DNA of 64,000 bases from Promethearchaeota archaeon (lineage in GTDB: Archaea; Asgardarchaeota; Lokiarchaeia; Sigyniarchaeales; SOKP01). The position numbers and the translations under genes are program-made. The stretch spans positions 14,565 through 78,564 of the forward strand of contig RDOE01000003.1 of NCBI GenBank assembly GCA_011364975.1. The letters run 5' to 3'. Below the pieces are notes generated by a model that did not search any database, was not told the origin of the DNA, and saw nothing but the letters and a program-made list of their open reading frames with translations. Positions 1 to 10,662 of the stretch are shown in pieces (position 1 is the first letter of the stretch; each line of letters opens with the position of its first letter).

Positions 1-237
1 TTAGATTGCGGAGAAGAAAGATTACGACAAATCATTACGGGTATATCTCAATTTTATAAAGAAGAAGAATTAATTGGGCGTAAAATAGTAATTCTTATGA
101 ATTTAAAACCAAAAATCATTATGGGTGAGCTAAGTGAAGGTATGCTTCTTGCTGCTGATTTTAAAGGAGAACCATTTCTATTACTGATAGATGAAAGAAA
201 TGGAAAAGATGTGCCGCCAGGCTCTAAAATAAAGTAA
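1..237 (+). CDS. 3' part of a tRNA-binding OB-fold protein (MetRS C-terminal/Trbp111/CsaA-like), cut by the window edge
   Basis: Frame 1 is open from base 1 to TAA at 235-237: LDCGEERLRQIITGISQFYKEEELIGRKIVILMNLKPKIIMGELSEGMLLAA. The RQI..GI, NLKP and S.GMLLAA motifs are typical. Not in the ORF track. Confidence 0.85.
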   Translation, partial: LDCGEERLRQIITGISQFYKEEELIGRKIVILMNLKPKIIMGELSEGMLLAADFKGEPFLLLIDERNGKDVPPGSKIK

Positions 238-657
238 TTAGAATCCTTTCAATTTCACACCAGTTTGTAACTCTTTCTTTTTCTTAAATCGTTCTGTTTT
301 AAAAAAATATTTCTTCTTCTCCGGTAAAATATCAATATATTTTCGTAAAATATCTTCAACAAAAGACTTAGTAGCTTTATTCGGAATTTTACCGGGATCT
401 GTGAGGTTAGATAAAATCTCTTTATCCTTAACATCATCCGAAAGGCCTAAATTCTTAAGAGGTATATGAAAAGAATGAGTAAACCATCCTTTGCTCTTCT
501 CTTCATGTGCAATGACTCTTAATATATTTTCTTCTTCCTTTTTAATTTTGAAATCGACAAGTTTCTTGCCAGGGCGTACGATAATAGAAGCGTAAAGTGG
601 AATTTTATTTTTTGGGTCATGTATTTTTTTATAAAATTCCTTTAATTTATCACTCAT
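238..657 (-). CDS. Hypothetical basic protein
   Basis: 139-aa ORF with ATG start, abutting the convergent upstream gene; no motif recognised. Confidence 0.7.
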   Translation of the reverse strand: MSDKLKEFYKKIHDPKNKIPLYASIIVRPGKKLVDFKIKKEEENILRVIAHEEKSKGWFTHSFHIPLKNLGLSDDVKDKEILSNLTDPGKIPNKATKSFVEDILRKYIDILPEKKKYFFKTERFKKKKELQTGVKLKGF

Positions 658-753
658 AGTAGTTCTATAAACCTATTATTCCTAAGATATAAATAGTTTA
701 AAGTAAAATACCTAATTAAATTTATTATAACAAATAATTACAGAGAAAAAATA

Positions 754-1173
754 ATGATTGTATTAAAGTCATTTGAAATAAAAACTAAACCTTTTTGTGA
801 TGTAATTAATATTACAAATCAAGTCCAAAATACTTTAAAAGAAAGTGGTCTGCATAGCGGGATTGTAAATGTCCATGTAGCAGGATCAACTGCATCAATT
901 TCAACTACAGAATTTGAACCTGGGTTAGTACAACATGATATCAAGGATTTTCTGGAAAACCTGTTACCATATGATGCCCATTATAGACACCATCAAACGT
1001 GGGGAGACCATAATGGAAGTGGTCATTTAAGAAGCTTTCTACTTAAAACTTCACAAACCTTTCCATTTCATAATACAACTTTGATTTTAGGAACCTGGCA
1101 ACAAATTATTTTTATCGAATGCGATGAAAAGCCCCGGAATCGAAAAATTTATTGTCAAATTATAGGAGAGTAG
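754..1173 (+). CDS. YjbQ/UPF0047 family protein
   Basis: Motifs NIT..V, GSTASI.T.E.EP, HH..WGD.NG..HLRS and LGTWQQI...E.D..PR.R. Confidence 0.9.
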   Translation: MIVLKSFEIKTKPFCDVINITNQVQNTLKESGLHSGIVNVHVAGSTASISTTEFEPGLVQHDIKDFLENLLPYDAHYRHHQTWGDHNGSGHLRSFLLKTSQTFPFHNTTLILGTWQQIIFIECDEKPRNRKIYCQIIGE

Positions 1174-1197
1174 AAAAAAAATACTCTAATTAATAAA

Positions 1198-1419
1198 TTA
1201 TTTCTTATCCATAATGTTACCAAATTCATTTAGTAACATATGATATACTTCGCGACGTCGAACATCTTCGAATTTACTTATCATTTTTAAAACTGTTTTA
1301 TGCCTTTCTTGTATCATGCTTTTAAACATGGGAATTTTTCTTATAATATTATCAAATTTATTTTTTTGGTGGATTTGATAATTAAGAAATTCTAAAAATT
1401 TATTATCTTCTTCGAACAC
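1198..1419 (-). CDS. Small hypothetical protein
   Basis: 73-aa ORF; GTG start preceded by GAGGA. Confidence 0.5.
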   Translation of the reverse strand: MFEEDNKFLEFLNYQIHQKNKFDNIIRKIPMFKSMIQERHKTVLKMISKFEDVRRREVYHMLLNEFGNIMDKK

Positions 1420-1667
1420 TCTAATCCTCTTTATTGAATATTAACTTGACAATAATATCACTGATTCGAATTAAAAATAATAGTATCATGTAAATGTTGT
1501 TCAAGTAATATTCAAAGTATGAGATATGTTGAAGAAAATTCTAAGATACACATAAGATTAAAAATAAGAATTTTCTCCTTCTAATAAAAAATTACTTGTA
1601 AATAAAAAGAAGAGATTTAAATCTCTATTTTTAAAATTAATGTTACTTATATGATAAAGGGAATATT

Positions 1668-2600
1668 ATGGATGATTTGTTAAAGATTATTATAGCTGGG
1701 CTTGATAATGCTGGTAAAACCTCTATTTTAACGGCCTTAAACAAGAAATACGACTTCCACAAAGATATCGTTTCTCTCACTCCAACCATAAGAGTAGAAT
1801 ATCATGCTACTGAATTTTTAAAAAAAAAAGTTATTTTCTGGGATCTTGGAGGTCAAAAACAATACAGAGCCCTCTATGAAGAAAAGCAAGATCTATATTT
1901 TGCAGATACTGATTTACTGGTATATATCATTGATATCCAAGATAAAGAACGTTATAACACCTCCCTTGAATATTTAGATATGATCTTACATCATTTCGAT
2001 ACACATAAGATGGATATTCCTCTTATCATAAGTTTCCATAAATTTGATCCAGAAATTCATGGAAATAATGACATTCTTTTTGAAATTGAAAAATTTAAAT
2101 CAAAAATTAATAGGACTTACAATTCATTTAAGATTCTCTATCAACAAACCTCTATATATGATATTATTTCAATAGTACAATTAGTCTCTTATGGACTCTC
2201 GGTTTTTGATGATAAATTTTTCGCCCTTTCAGAGTTATTAGAAGACTATCTTAATGAATTTGGCAGTAAATCCCTTATTTTATTTGATAAAAATGGAATT
2301 ATAATTAGTGAATTTTACAGCGAGTTAATCGAACCTGAGATCTATTTAGAACTTATAGAATCAATTAAAGACCATTTATTTCTTCTTAAAAGAATGCAGG
2401 AAGAATCTTACGAGACTGAATATACGTTCTCTTCTATTGGAGATGACTTAATTTCTTATTTACATAGAATTGAACTAAAAGGAGAATCTATTTTTGTATC
2501 TGTTATCATCAACGAACACCTTAAAGAACAATTCCTGATAAGATTTACAGATTTCATATCAGATTTAACAAGTATCTTAATTCCACTCTTAGTTTCTTGA
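1668..2600 (+). CDS. Rag/Arf-like small GTPase with C-terminal roadblock/longin-like domain
   Basis: G1 GLDNAGKTS, G2 PT, G3 WDLGGQ, G4 HKFD, G5 TSIYD; about 130-aa alpha/beta C-terminal extension (SLILFDKNGIIISE). Confidence 0.85.
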   Translation: MDDLLKIIIAGLDNAGKTSILTALNKKYDFHKDIVSLTPTIRVEYHATEFLKKKVIFWDLGGQKQYRALYEEKQDLYFADTDLLVYIIDIQDKERYNTSLEYLDMILHHFDTHKMDIPLIISFHKFDPEIHGNNDILFEIEKFKSKINRTYNSFKILYQQTSIYDIISIVQLVSYGLSVFDDKFFALSELLEDYLNEFGSKSLILFDKNGIIISEFYSELIEPEIYLELIESIKDHLFLLKRMQEESYETEYTFSSIGDDLISYLHRIELKGESIFVSVIINEHLKEQFLIRFTDFISDLTSILIPLLVS

Positions 2601-2623
2601 TGATTTTTTAAAATAAACCTAAT

Positions 2624-3733
2624 TTAATCGAGATGGAGTAATTTCTTTGATTTATCTATTAACTTTTCTTTTCTTTCTCGATGCTTTTTAATAAAAGATA
2701 AAACTTTATCTGCACATTGCTTTTTATGATCTCCACACATTAATTCACCCTTAACACATCCTTGAAAATCCTCAGAAATCTGTTTATCATCATCTTCAAA
2801 AAAGTATATCAACATTTTATAAATCATACATTTCTGAGGTTCTCCGCCCAATTCTTTCTGTTCAGCTTTATTCCTTCTTCCACCCGTAAGTGATCCCATT
2901 ACTTTTTTCCTAATTGATTCTAAAGATTCATTGAATGTAAAATAACTGTTTGGATTCCTTTTTGACATTTTATCTGCTCCATCTATTCCCGCTAATAGAA
3001 AATGATAGGTCGATGCTGGTCGAAAGAAGGTCTTATAACTTCTCTGGGTCAAATCTCTTGTTAGTCTCAAGTGTGGTGCTTGATCTATCCCTACTGGTAC
3101 CACTGTTGGTTGCTCACCATCTAGGATCTGAGGTAAAAGGATATCTCCAACCTGTATTAAGGATGCAATGTATAATCCAAATGTTCTTTCTCCATATATT
3201 GCATTTAGCATATTCTGAGTGACAAGACGGCTAACTCTAAAACATATATCCTTTACAATCGGTTCTTTTGATTGTCTCCAAATATAAGCCTTTTTAGGGG
3301 ATGGATCTAATCCTAAAGCTAATATATCTGCTAAATTATCGATTGCAGTTGTTTCGGCCTCTTCAAATGTAATACCATTGTCTTCCCAAGATTCTATATC
3401 AGCGATACAATAATATGCTTTACCCCCTAATTTCTGAAAATCCACGATTTCCATAGCAGTTGTTAATGTTCCTAGATGAAACGGGCCTGATGGTTTGATT
3501 CCGCTCATAACAGCCCAATTTTGGTTATTTTCAATAGCTTTAAGAATTAAATCTAAATCAATATGCCCAAAAATAATTTTTCTCCGAATAAATTTATGTT
3601 GGAATAATTTTAGTTTTACATTATCACTTATTTCTTCAATACCGAAATCTTTTATTAATCTTGTATAGTCCTCATCTTCTAACTTACCAGAACCCCATGG
3701 ATCAATTTTAAATCCGTTATAATTTTTAGACAT
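2624..3733 (-). CDS. trpS: Tryptophanyl-tRNA synthetase, archaeal type
   Basis: N-terminal IDPWGS, GIKPSGPFHLG (HIGH-like), VPVGIDQAPH, KMSK and GG.P..C; likely start is ATG 3733 (MSKNY) rather than the track's 3805. Confidence 0.95.
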   Translation of the reverse strand: MSKNYNGFKIDPWGSGKLEDEDYTRLIKDFGIEEISDNVKLKLFQHKFIRRKIIFGHIDLDLILKAIENNQNWAVMSGIKPSGPFHLGTLTTAMEIVDFQKLGGKAYYCIADIESWEDNGITFEEAETTAIDNLADILALGLDPSPKKAYIWRQSKEPIVKDICFRVSRLVTQNMLNAIYGERTFGLYIASLIQVGDILLPQILDGEQPTVVPVGIDQAPHLRLTRDLTQRSYKTFFRPASTYHFLLAGIDGADKMSKRNPNSYFTFNESLESIRKKVMGSLTGGRRNKAEQKELGGEPQKCMIYKMLIYFFEDDDKQISEDFQGCVKGELMCGDHKKQCADKVLSFIKKHRERKEKLIDKSKKLLHLD

Positions 3734-3893
3734 AATGATCAACTTCGAAAATTCTTTGTTAATAATAAAAATAAAACCCAAATAAAAAATTTTAAGATAA
3801 GTCAATTAATTTATTTTTTAAAGCTTTCAAAGCTGTTTCAAAATGATGTATAAATTTCTAGGAAGAAATAGATAAAATTATCGATTACATAAT

Positions 3894-4382
3894 TTGCGAG
3901 TTAAAAGCATGAGTATTATAAATTCATCTACTTTTCCCAAAATTGATAATCAAGCTGATCTCGAACGTAAAAGGGAAATGGGTAAAACCTTTTTATTTTG
4001 CGTACTTTTTATTCTATTAATTTTTCTGTTTTCTAATGTTTACATGTATGGGGATTTAATAAGCCTATTTACAATTATTACTATTATACTTACAATCCTT
4101 TTACTCTATTTGTATCCAAAAATCCACAATACTATCAATCAAAACCAATCGAGTAAAAAACCTAATGAAATGGTTATACTCGAGCAAGATATTTTTAATT
4201 TTTTGGTGAAGAACCAAGGAATATCTTATAGAAAGGAAGAAATAATCAATATTTATCTTAATAATAAAAAATTTGATGTAGATTCAACCATTATCAAAGA
4301 AGCAATATCTAATTTAGCAAACTCGAACAAAGTAACCTGCATTATTATATCTGGCGAACTCTCATTTCTTGTTGAAAAATAG
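3894..4382 (+). CDS. Hypothetical membrane protein (2 TM) with possible C-terminal winged helix
   Basis: Two hydrophobic segments, then an IFNFL..N.G..Y...EI...AISNL pattern; start probably ATG 3910 or later. Confidence 0.6.
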   Translation: MRVKSMSIINSSTFPKIDNQADLERKREMGKTFLFCVLFILLIFLFSNVYMYGDLISLFTIITIILTILLLYLYPKIHNTINQNQSSKKPNEMVILEQDIFNFLVKNQGISYRKEEIINIYLNNKKFDVDSTIIKEAISNLANSNKVTCIIISGELSFLVEK

Positions 4383-4555
4383 ATTATTTTGTATGGAATT
4401 TAATTATTTCCTCATTGAAATATTTTTAAATATCAACTTTATAATTTAAATTGATTCTTCTCTAACTTTTTTTTAAAATGCCATCAATTATAATATTTTT
4501 ATACAAAATTATAAACCGTATCAATATTAGTTTAAACTTTCTTTATTACAATACA

Positions 4556-4957
4556 ATGATAGAAAATGAAAAAAAATCTGATGAGTATTGGAAAAAAAAA
4601 TTAACAAAAGATCAATATTATGTATTAAGAGAAAAAGGGACTGAAGCTCCATTTACAGGAAAATATTTAGATAATAAAGAGAAAGGCATATATTATTGTG
4701 CTGGATGTGGTACGCCCTTATTTGATTCAGGCACTAAGTTCAAATCTGGTACAGGATGGCCTAGCTTTTATACTGCAATAGAAAAAGATAATATTAAAGA
4801 AATTAAAGACACGAGCTACGGAATGATAAGAACTGAAGTTTTATGTAGTAAATGTGGAGGGCATCTAGGACATGTGTTCAACGATGGCCCTCGTCCTACG
4901 GGAATGAGATATTGTATAAATTCTATTTCATTAGATATTATATCAGAAAAGGAATAA
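4556..4957 (+). CDS. msrB: Peptide methionine sulfoxide reductase MsrB
   Basis: [15 protein letters not shown], two CxxC, GWPSF, HLGHVF.DGP.PTG.RYCINS; likely ATG 4556, about 25 nt after TTTAAA. Confidence 0.97.
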   Translation: MIENEKKSDEYWKKKLTKDQYYVLREKGTEAPFTGKYLDNKEKGIYYCAGCGTPLFDSGTKFKSGTGWPSFYTAIEKDNIKEIKDTSYGMIRTEVLCSKCGGHLGHVFNDGPRPTGMRYCINSISLDIISEKE

Positions 4958-4981
4958 TTTTTTTCTTCCTTTAAGGTTAAT

Positions 4982-5434
4982 TTAAAGTGTTACTATTGAT
5001 GAATTTTTATATTCTTTTAAAACCATATTTGAAATGGTTTTAGTTACGAATTGTTCTTCATTTAATTCTCTAATAAAGTTGTGCACATCACCCGCTTCTT
5101 TGAAACGGCAGATCAAAGCTGCGGATTGTTCCCCTGTTGTATGGAATACTGAACAAACTTCTGGTTTACTTTTAATCTTCTCTAAAATTTCCTGAGTGTG
5201 TTTTCCATCTATTTGAATTCGGATTAAAAAAGTAAGTTTAAATCCTAACTGTTCATTGTTTAATTTAACGGTATATCCCTCAATAATCTTATTATTTTCG
5301 AGCTTTGAGATTCGATTGTGTATTGTTCCAATTGATATTCCTAACATATCTTGAATTTCGCGATAACTTGTTTTTGCATTCTCCTGAAGAATTTTAATTA
5401 TATCCTTATCTATTTCATCAAGAGCTTTCTTCAT
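4982..5434 (-). CDS. Lrp/AsnC family transcriptional regulator
   Basis: LDEIDKDIIKILQENAKTSY..I...LGIS.GT.HNRI..L HTH plus RAM domain; divergent from the thermosome gene. Confidence 0.92.
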   Translation of the reverse strand: MKKALDEIDKDIIKILQENAKTSYREIQDMLGISIGTIHNRISKLENNKIIEGYTVKLNNEQLGFKLTFLIRIQIDGKHTQEILEKIKSKPEVCSVFHTTGEQSAALICRFKEAGDVHNFIRELNEEQFVTKTISNMVLKEYKNSSIVTL

Positions 5435-5623
5435 TTTCTCATATATAAAAAATTAATTATTATTAAATTAAACGAATTTCAGAATATGTTAAAATAATTA
5501 AACAAGCTTTATAATTTTTGGAAAATTAATTTGATTTTTATATAATGATCTCTAAATCACAAAATTCTTAAAATCCATCTCATTTAATAGATTAATTATA
5601 ATAAAAATGATTAAGTGAAAATC

Positions 5624-7210
5624 ATGTCTGTACCAATATTAATATTAAAGGAAGGAACAGAAGAAACAAAAGAAAAAGAAGCTCGGATGCAAAACATAAA
5701 TGCAATAATGGCAATAACCGATACTGTAAAATCAACTTTAGGGCCAAAAGGTATGAATAAAATGATCGTGGACTCCGTTGGAGATGTTACGATTACAAAT
5801 GATGGCGCGGAAATCTTAAAACAACTAGATATTGAAAATGTGGCTGCTAATATGATGGTTAATGTAGCAAAATCTATCGATGAAGATATCGGAGATGGTA
5901 CAACCACAGCTGTAATCTTTTCAGCTGCATTATTAAGTAACGCTTTGGAATTGATAGAACAAGATGTTCACCCCAAACCTATCACCCATGGTTACAAATT
6001 AGCAGCAGATAAAGCATTGGAACTGGTTAATCAATTAGCTATAAAAGTATCAAAAGACGATGAAAACATTTTTAGAAATGTTGCCAAAACAGCGATGAAT
6101 TCTAAAGATATAGTCGGTATTAAAGACTTTTTTGCGAATCTAGCGTATGATGCTATAAAACATATTAGAGATGAGGATGGAAATACTTTTTCAAAAGTTG
6201 CAAATGTAAAAATTGTCAAAGCTCCTGGAAAATCTCTTAAAGATACAGAATTAATTAACGGAGTTTATATTGAGAAAGAAAAAGTAGATTCTGGGATGCC
6301 TGATGTGTTAAAAAATGCTAAAATTGCAGTGATCCGGAGAAAGTTAGATGTAGTAAAAACTGAATTTGATGCTCAAATTAGAATTTCGAATCCAGAAGAT
6401 ATACAGAAGTTTTTGGATCAAGAAGATAAAATGCTCCAAAAACACCTCTCTAAATTCAAGGAATTGGGCGTAAATATGATTGTAAATAGTCAAGACATCT
6501 CAGATAAATTTGGAGCTTATTTAGCACGTGAAGGAATAGCAGCAATAAAGAATCTCGGAGACAATGATATAAAGGCAGTCTCTAAAGCTACAGGAGCAAC
6601 CAGAGTAGATGATATTAGTTCATTAAGCGCCAACGATTTAGGCTATGCCGAGACTATCAAATTTCATAAGCTTGAAAAGAATGATTATACTTTATTTACA
6701 GGATGTAAAAATCCAAAATCGGTATCAATTCTTCTGAAAGGTGGGTTAGAGAAGGTTTTAAACTCTGCTGAAATAAGTTTACATGATGTGTTATGTGTAA
6801 TCGCGAAAGTCATGGATACTGAAAGCGTTATAGCCGGAGGAGGCGCAATATATATAGAAATTGCTAAGAAGTTACGAGATTATGCTAATAAAATAAGTGG
6901 TAAAGAACAACTTGCCATAAACGCGTTTGCGCTTGCATTAGAGGAAATCCCAAAGACTCTAATTCGAAATGCTGGTTTAGATGAAATTGAAAAAATGACT
7001 GAACTACGAGCAGCCCATAAGACTGATACAGATAAATGGATGGGCATCGATACCATTAATAACGAGATAAGTGATAATTTTAAGAAAGGGATCGTCGAAC
7101 CTGCTGCTTTAATTAATCATGTTATCAAAGCTGGAAGCGAATTAGCTAATTTAATATTGAGAGTAGACCGAATTATTAGTGCTAAAGGTTCTAAGTCTAA
7201 AGAAATGTAA
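5624..7210 (+). CDS. Thermosome (group II chaperonin) subunit
   Basis: STLGPKGMNKM, TITNDGA, GDGTTT and GIVEP; start ATG 5624 or GTG 5615; no C-terminal GGM tail. Confidence 0.95.
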   Translation: MSVPILILKEGTEETKEKEARMQNINAIMAITDTVKSTLGPKGMNKMIVDSVGDVTITNDGAEILKQLDIENVAANMMVNVAKSIDEDIGDGTTTAVIFSAALLSNALELIEQDVHPKPITHGYKLAADKALELVNQLAIKVSKDDENIFRNVAKTAMNSKDIVGIKDFFANLAYDAIKHIRDEDGNTFSKVANVKIVKAPGKSLKDTELINGVYIEKEKVDSGMPDVLKNAKIAVIRRKLDVVKTEFDAQIRISNPEDIQKFLDQEDKMLQKHLSKFKELGVNMIVNSQDISDKFGAYLAREGIAAIKNLGDNDIKAVSKATGATRVDDISSLSANDLGYAETIKFHKLEKNDYTLFTGCKNPKSVSILLKGGLEKVLNSAEISLHDVLCVIAKVMDTESVIAGGGAIYIEIAKKLRDYANKISGKEQLAINAFALALEEIPKTLIRNAGLDEIEKMTELRAAHKTDTDKWMGIDTINNEISDNFKKGIVEPAALINHVIKAGSELANLILRVDRIISAKGSKSKEM

Positions 7211-7345
7211 TTTTTTATTAATTTTTTCTATTTTTTTTTACCTCTATTAAATATTTTAAAGATTTTATCTTCTTTAATAAGGTTTAAAATGATTATAAAA
7301 CTCTTTATCCTATTGAGATTGAAAGCTTTTTATTTTCTATAACAA

Positions 7346-9259
7346 TTGAGTGAAATGGATATTTCTAGAGAATTATTAAGATATGTGGATGTGGGTTTAT
7401 TATCCCGCAGTGATTTTGAGAAATTATTAGAATTGAAAAATGAGCATGTATTAAAGATAATTACTCAATTCGTTGATTTATGCTCCCCAAATAAACTTAC
7501 AGTGATTTCTGATGCACAAGATGATATAGAGTATGTAAGAAACATGGCTATCATAAATAGAGAAGAAATTGAGCTGGCCTTGGCTGGTCATACTGTTCAT
7601 TACGACGGTTTCTTTACTATGTCAAATCACGATCAAGCAAGAGATAAAAACAATACACAAGTACTTATTCCAAAAGAAGAACAGGGCAAATATCCTTGGA
7701 TTAATACTATGGAAAGAGAACAAGGATTAAAAGAGATATTTGAGATTATGAAAGGATGTATGAAAGATCATGAATGTATCGTACGTTTCTTTTGTTTAGG
7801 TCCGAAAGGATCCCGATTTTCTATTCTAGCCCTTCAATTAACGGATTCGTTTTATGTAGCACATAGTGAGGATCTTCTATATCGGGAAGGATATGAAGAA
7901 TTTAAAAGATTAAAAGGATCCAACGATTTTTTTTATTTTATCCATTCTTCTGGAGAATTAATAGGGAATCCTCCAGTTACTAAGAACTTAGAAAAAAGAA
8001 GAATCTATATTGATTTACAAGAAGGCCGAGTTCTAACGGTTAATAATCAATATGCTGGTAATTCCCTTGGTCTTAAAAAACTAGCATTGAGATTAGGTAT
8101 TTATAAAGCTAATAATGAAGATTGGCTAACAGAGCATTATTTTATAATGGGATTGCATCCTAGGGGAAAAAGTAGAACAACATATGCTTGCGGAGCATAT
8201 CCTAGTGCATGTGGTAAAACATCTACAGCAATGTTACCAGGACAAACAATAATTGGAGATGATATTGCGTATATTAGAAAATGGGAAGATGGATATTGTC
8301 ATGGAGTAAATATTGAGCATGGGATATTTGGAATTATAAAAGATGTTAATTTGCAAGATGATCCTGAAATCTTTAAAGCACTGACTTCTCCTAGAGAAAC
8401 TATTTTTTCAAATGTATTGATAAAAGATAATGTTCCTTATTGGTTAGGTGATGGAAGAAAACATCCAGAAACCGGTTTTAATTTTTCTGGTGATTGGTAT
8501 CATGGAAAAGAAGACATTGATGGAATCGAAATTCCTCTAGCACATCCAAATGCTCGTTATACAATAAGAATAAGCGAGCTTCCTAATGCAAATCCAAATT
8601 TGAATGCTTCTAATGGAGTTCCTATCCATTTGATATTCTATGGTGGAAGAGATTCTGATACTATGCCCCCTATTATAGAAAGTTTTAATTGGGAACATGG
8701 TGTTTATTTAGGAGCAACCATCGAATCTGAAACAACTTCAGCTACTATTGGAAAAGAAGGTGTTAGAACCATGCAACCAATGGCGAATTTGGATTTTCTA
8801 GTGGTAAGTATGGGAAGGTATTTAAAAAATCATCAAGTTTTTGGCAAAAATTTAAAATATCCGCCTAAAGTCTTTACTACAAATTACTTTTTGAAGAATG
8901 AAAAAGGTAAATATCTAAATGGTATCCTTGATAAATTAGTTTGGGTAATGTGGGCAGAATTAAGAGTTCATAATGACATTACAGCTATTGAAACTCCAAT
9001 TGGATATATCCCATTATATTCAGATTTAAAGTTTCTCTTCAGGGAATATCTTAACAAGGATTATTCTAAAGAAGAATACACGCAACAATTTTCTTTAAGG
9101 ATAACTAAATTATTATCAAAACTAGATAGAGTTGAAAAAATGTATAGCAGGGAAGAAAATATACCTGATTTCTTCTGGAATACACTAATGCAACAGAGAA
9201 AGAAACTTAATTTCTTGAAGAGTGAAAAAGGAGATATAATCTCTCCTTTAGACCTATAA
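7346..9259 (+). CDS. pckG: Phosphoenolpyruvate carboxykinase (GTP)
   Basis: DQAR, YAGNSLGLKK, WLTEH, PSACGKTS, GDDIA, HPNARYT and YGGRD. Confidence 0.95.
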   Translation: MSEMDISRELLRYVDVGLLSRSDFEKLLELKNEHVLKIITQFVDLCSPNKLTVISDAQDDIEYVRNMAIINREEIELALAGHTVHYDGFFTMSNHDQARDKNNTQVLIPKEEQGKYPWINTMEREQGLKEIFEIMKGCMKDHECIVRFFCLGPKGSRFSILALQLTDSFYVAHSEDLLYREGYEEFKRLKGSNDFFYFIHSSGELIGNPPVTKNLEKRRIYIDLQEGRVLTVNNQYAGNSLGLKKLALRLGIYKANNEDWLTEHYFIMGLHPRGKSRTTYACGAYPSACGKTSTAMLPGQTIIGDDIAYIRKWEDGYCHGVNIEHGIFGIIKDVNLQDDPEIFKALTSPRETIFSNVLIKDNVPYWLGDGRKHPETGFNFSGDWYHGKEDIDGIEIPLAHPNARYTIRISELPNANPNLNASNGVPIHLIFYGGRDSDTMPPIIESFNWEHGVYLGATIESETTSATIGKEGVRTMQPMANLDFLVVSMGRYLKNHQVFGKNLKYPPKVFTTNYFLKNEKGKYLNGILDKLVWVMWAELRVHNDITAIETPIGYIPLYSDLKFLFREYLNKDYSKEEYTQQFSLRITKLLSKLDRVEKMYSREENIPDFFWNTLMQQRKKLNFLKSEKGDIISPLDL

Positions 9260-9332
9260 ATTAAAATTTTTTAATTATAATCCAAAGGTTTTTTTAAAAA
9301 TATTAATTAAGATTTTAAAAAAGATTGATGAG

Positions 9333-9980
9333 ATGAAAAATATGGCTTCAACTGGTGGAATAACTTATTCTGTTGCAGAATTTAACACTATTGTTACTAT
9401 GTTAGGTTGTTTATGTGCTACAGTACAACTTTACACAGGGTGGTATAGTGCTTATTATAAGAAAAAAATAGCGCTAATTAAAACGAATGACATCTTATTT
9501 CGAACACATAGGGCATTTGGAGGATTTGCTACAACCCTTTACTTTCTTGGTTTATTTGCAGGATTAACTGGATTTATTGGTGCTTTAATTTTTAATATTC
9601 CTCCTTTTGAAGGTACAGATTTAAGTTTTATGGTTCATGTATGGCCAAGTTTTGCAGTAATGATTGTAATAATTTGGAAAACCTATATTTCCTATTTTCG
9701 GAAACCTTCCATCTATAAGAAAGGAAAGTGGTTAGGGATCGCAACATTTCTTGCTTGGGCATTTACTTGGATTTCATCTGCTTTCTCATATTATTTAAGA
9801 ACTTTACCCTCAAACCCCCAACATCCTTCTCCAACATATTTGCTACCATTTGATCTATTATGGCTTCAAATATTAATCCCATTTTTAATAGGAACGTTGA
9901 TTAGTTACTTTGTACTACAGACTGCACATAAATTAGAATTAAGAAAAGAACAAAGTTCTATGAAAAAAGCTGAAAAATAA
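9333..9980 (+). CDS. Multi-pass membrane protein, possibly cytochrome b561-like
   Basis: About 5 TM helices with His at TM starts (THRAFG, VHVW); heme binding is only inferred. Confidence 0.55.
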   Translation: MKNMASTGGITYSVAEFNTIVTMLGCLCATVQLYTGWYSAYYKKKIALIKTNDILFRTHRAFGGFATTLYFLGLFAGLTGFIGALIFNIPPFEGTDLSFMVHVWPSFAVMIVIIWKTYISYFRKPSIYKKGKWLGIATFLAWAFTWISSAFSYYLRTLPSNPQHPSPTYLLPFDLLWLQILIPFLIGTLISYFVLQTAHKLELRKEQSSMKKAEK

Positions 9981-9981
9981 T

Positions 9982-10662
9982 TTATGCTAAAAATTTAAGG
10001 CCATCTTTTACTTTATAAGTACGATTAAAACGATCTACTTCAATAAACCTTTTAATTTCAAGATTATTTAAGAGATCTCTCATTTCAATAGAACTTTTAT
10101 TTAACTTCTCGGAAAGGCCTTCTATATCATTTTCATAATTACGTAATACTACTAGTAGTGAAGAATAATTATCATATATTTGATTAACCAAATACTTTAA
10201 CGATTCTTGTAGATTCTCACCAGTTCGGGTACTCGTTGGGAAGACCATTACATCATCTTTTAAATAATTCTGGGACCTAATTATCTCTGGATGGCGTGCC
10301 CCGGCTAAATCTTGTTTATTTGCAAGATATACAATTGGAGTCTCAGGTTCAATAGCTTTCCTAATCGCATTTAAAATTATTATTGCATCTTCATCCTTTT
10401 CTGGATGCACCGCATCGAAAATAAAAATAACCCCATCAGTTCCTCTGATTAGCACGTCTCTCATGACGTTAAATCTTAATAATCCTGGAGTACCAAAAAG
10501 AAAGACATCAAACCCATTTAATTTAACACAACCGAGATCCATACCAACGGTATAGTATTTGTTATCTCTTGCTTTGGCTTCTACATTTAACGCTTTATCA
10601 TCAAGATATTTAATAAAACTTGATTTACCAGCTTGCAAAGCCCCGCTCACAACAATTTTCAA
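9982..10662 (-). CDS. Small GTPase (MglA/CvnD-like) with C-terminal winged-helix-like extension
   Basis: G1 GALQAGKSS, TVGMDLG, FGTPG, G4 NKQD, G5 TST; TTG start behind GAGGT. Confidence 0.85.
   Translation of the reverse strand: MKIVVSGALQAGKSSFIKYLDDKALNVEAKARDNKYYTVGMDLGCVKLNGFDVFLFGTPGLLRFNVMRDVLIRGTDGVIFIFDAVHPEKDEDAIIILNAIRKAIEPETPIVYLANKQDLAGARHPEIIRSQNYLKDDVMVFPTSTRTGENLQESLKYLVNQIYDNYSSLLVVLRNYENDIEGLSEKLNKSSIEMRDLLNNLEIKRFIEVDRFNRTYKVKDGLKFLA

Noticed and set aside
2598-2603. Tandem TGA TGA at the end of the Rag-like gene as possible readthrough
   Set aside because: It is followed by a T tract and an in-frame TAA within a few codons; an ordinary stop.
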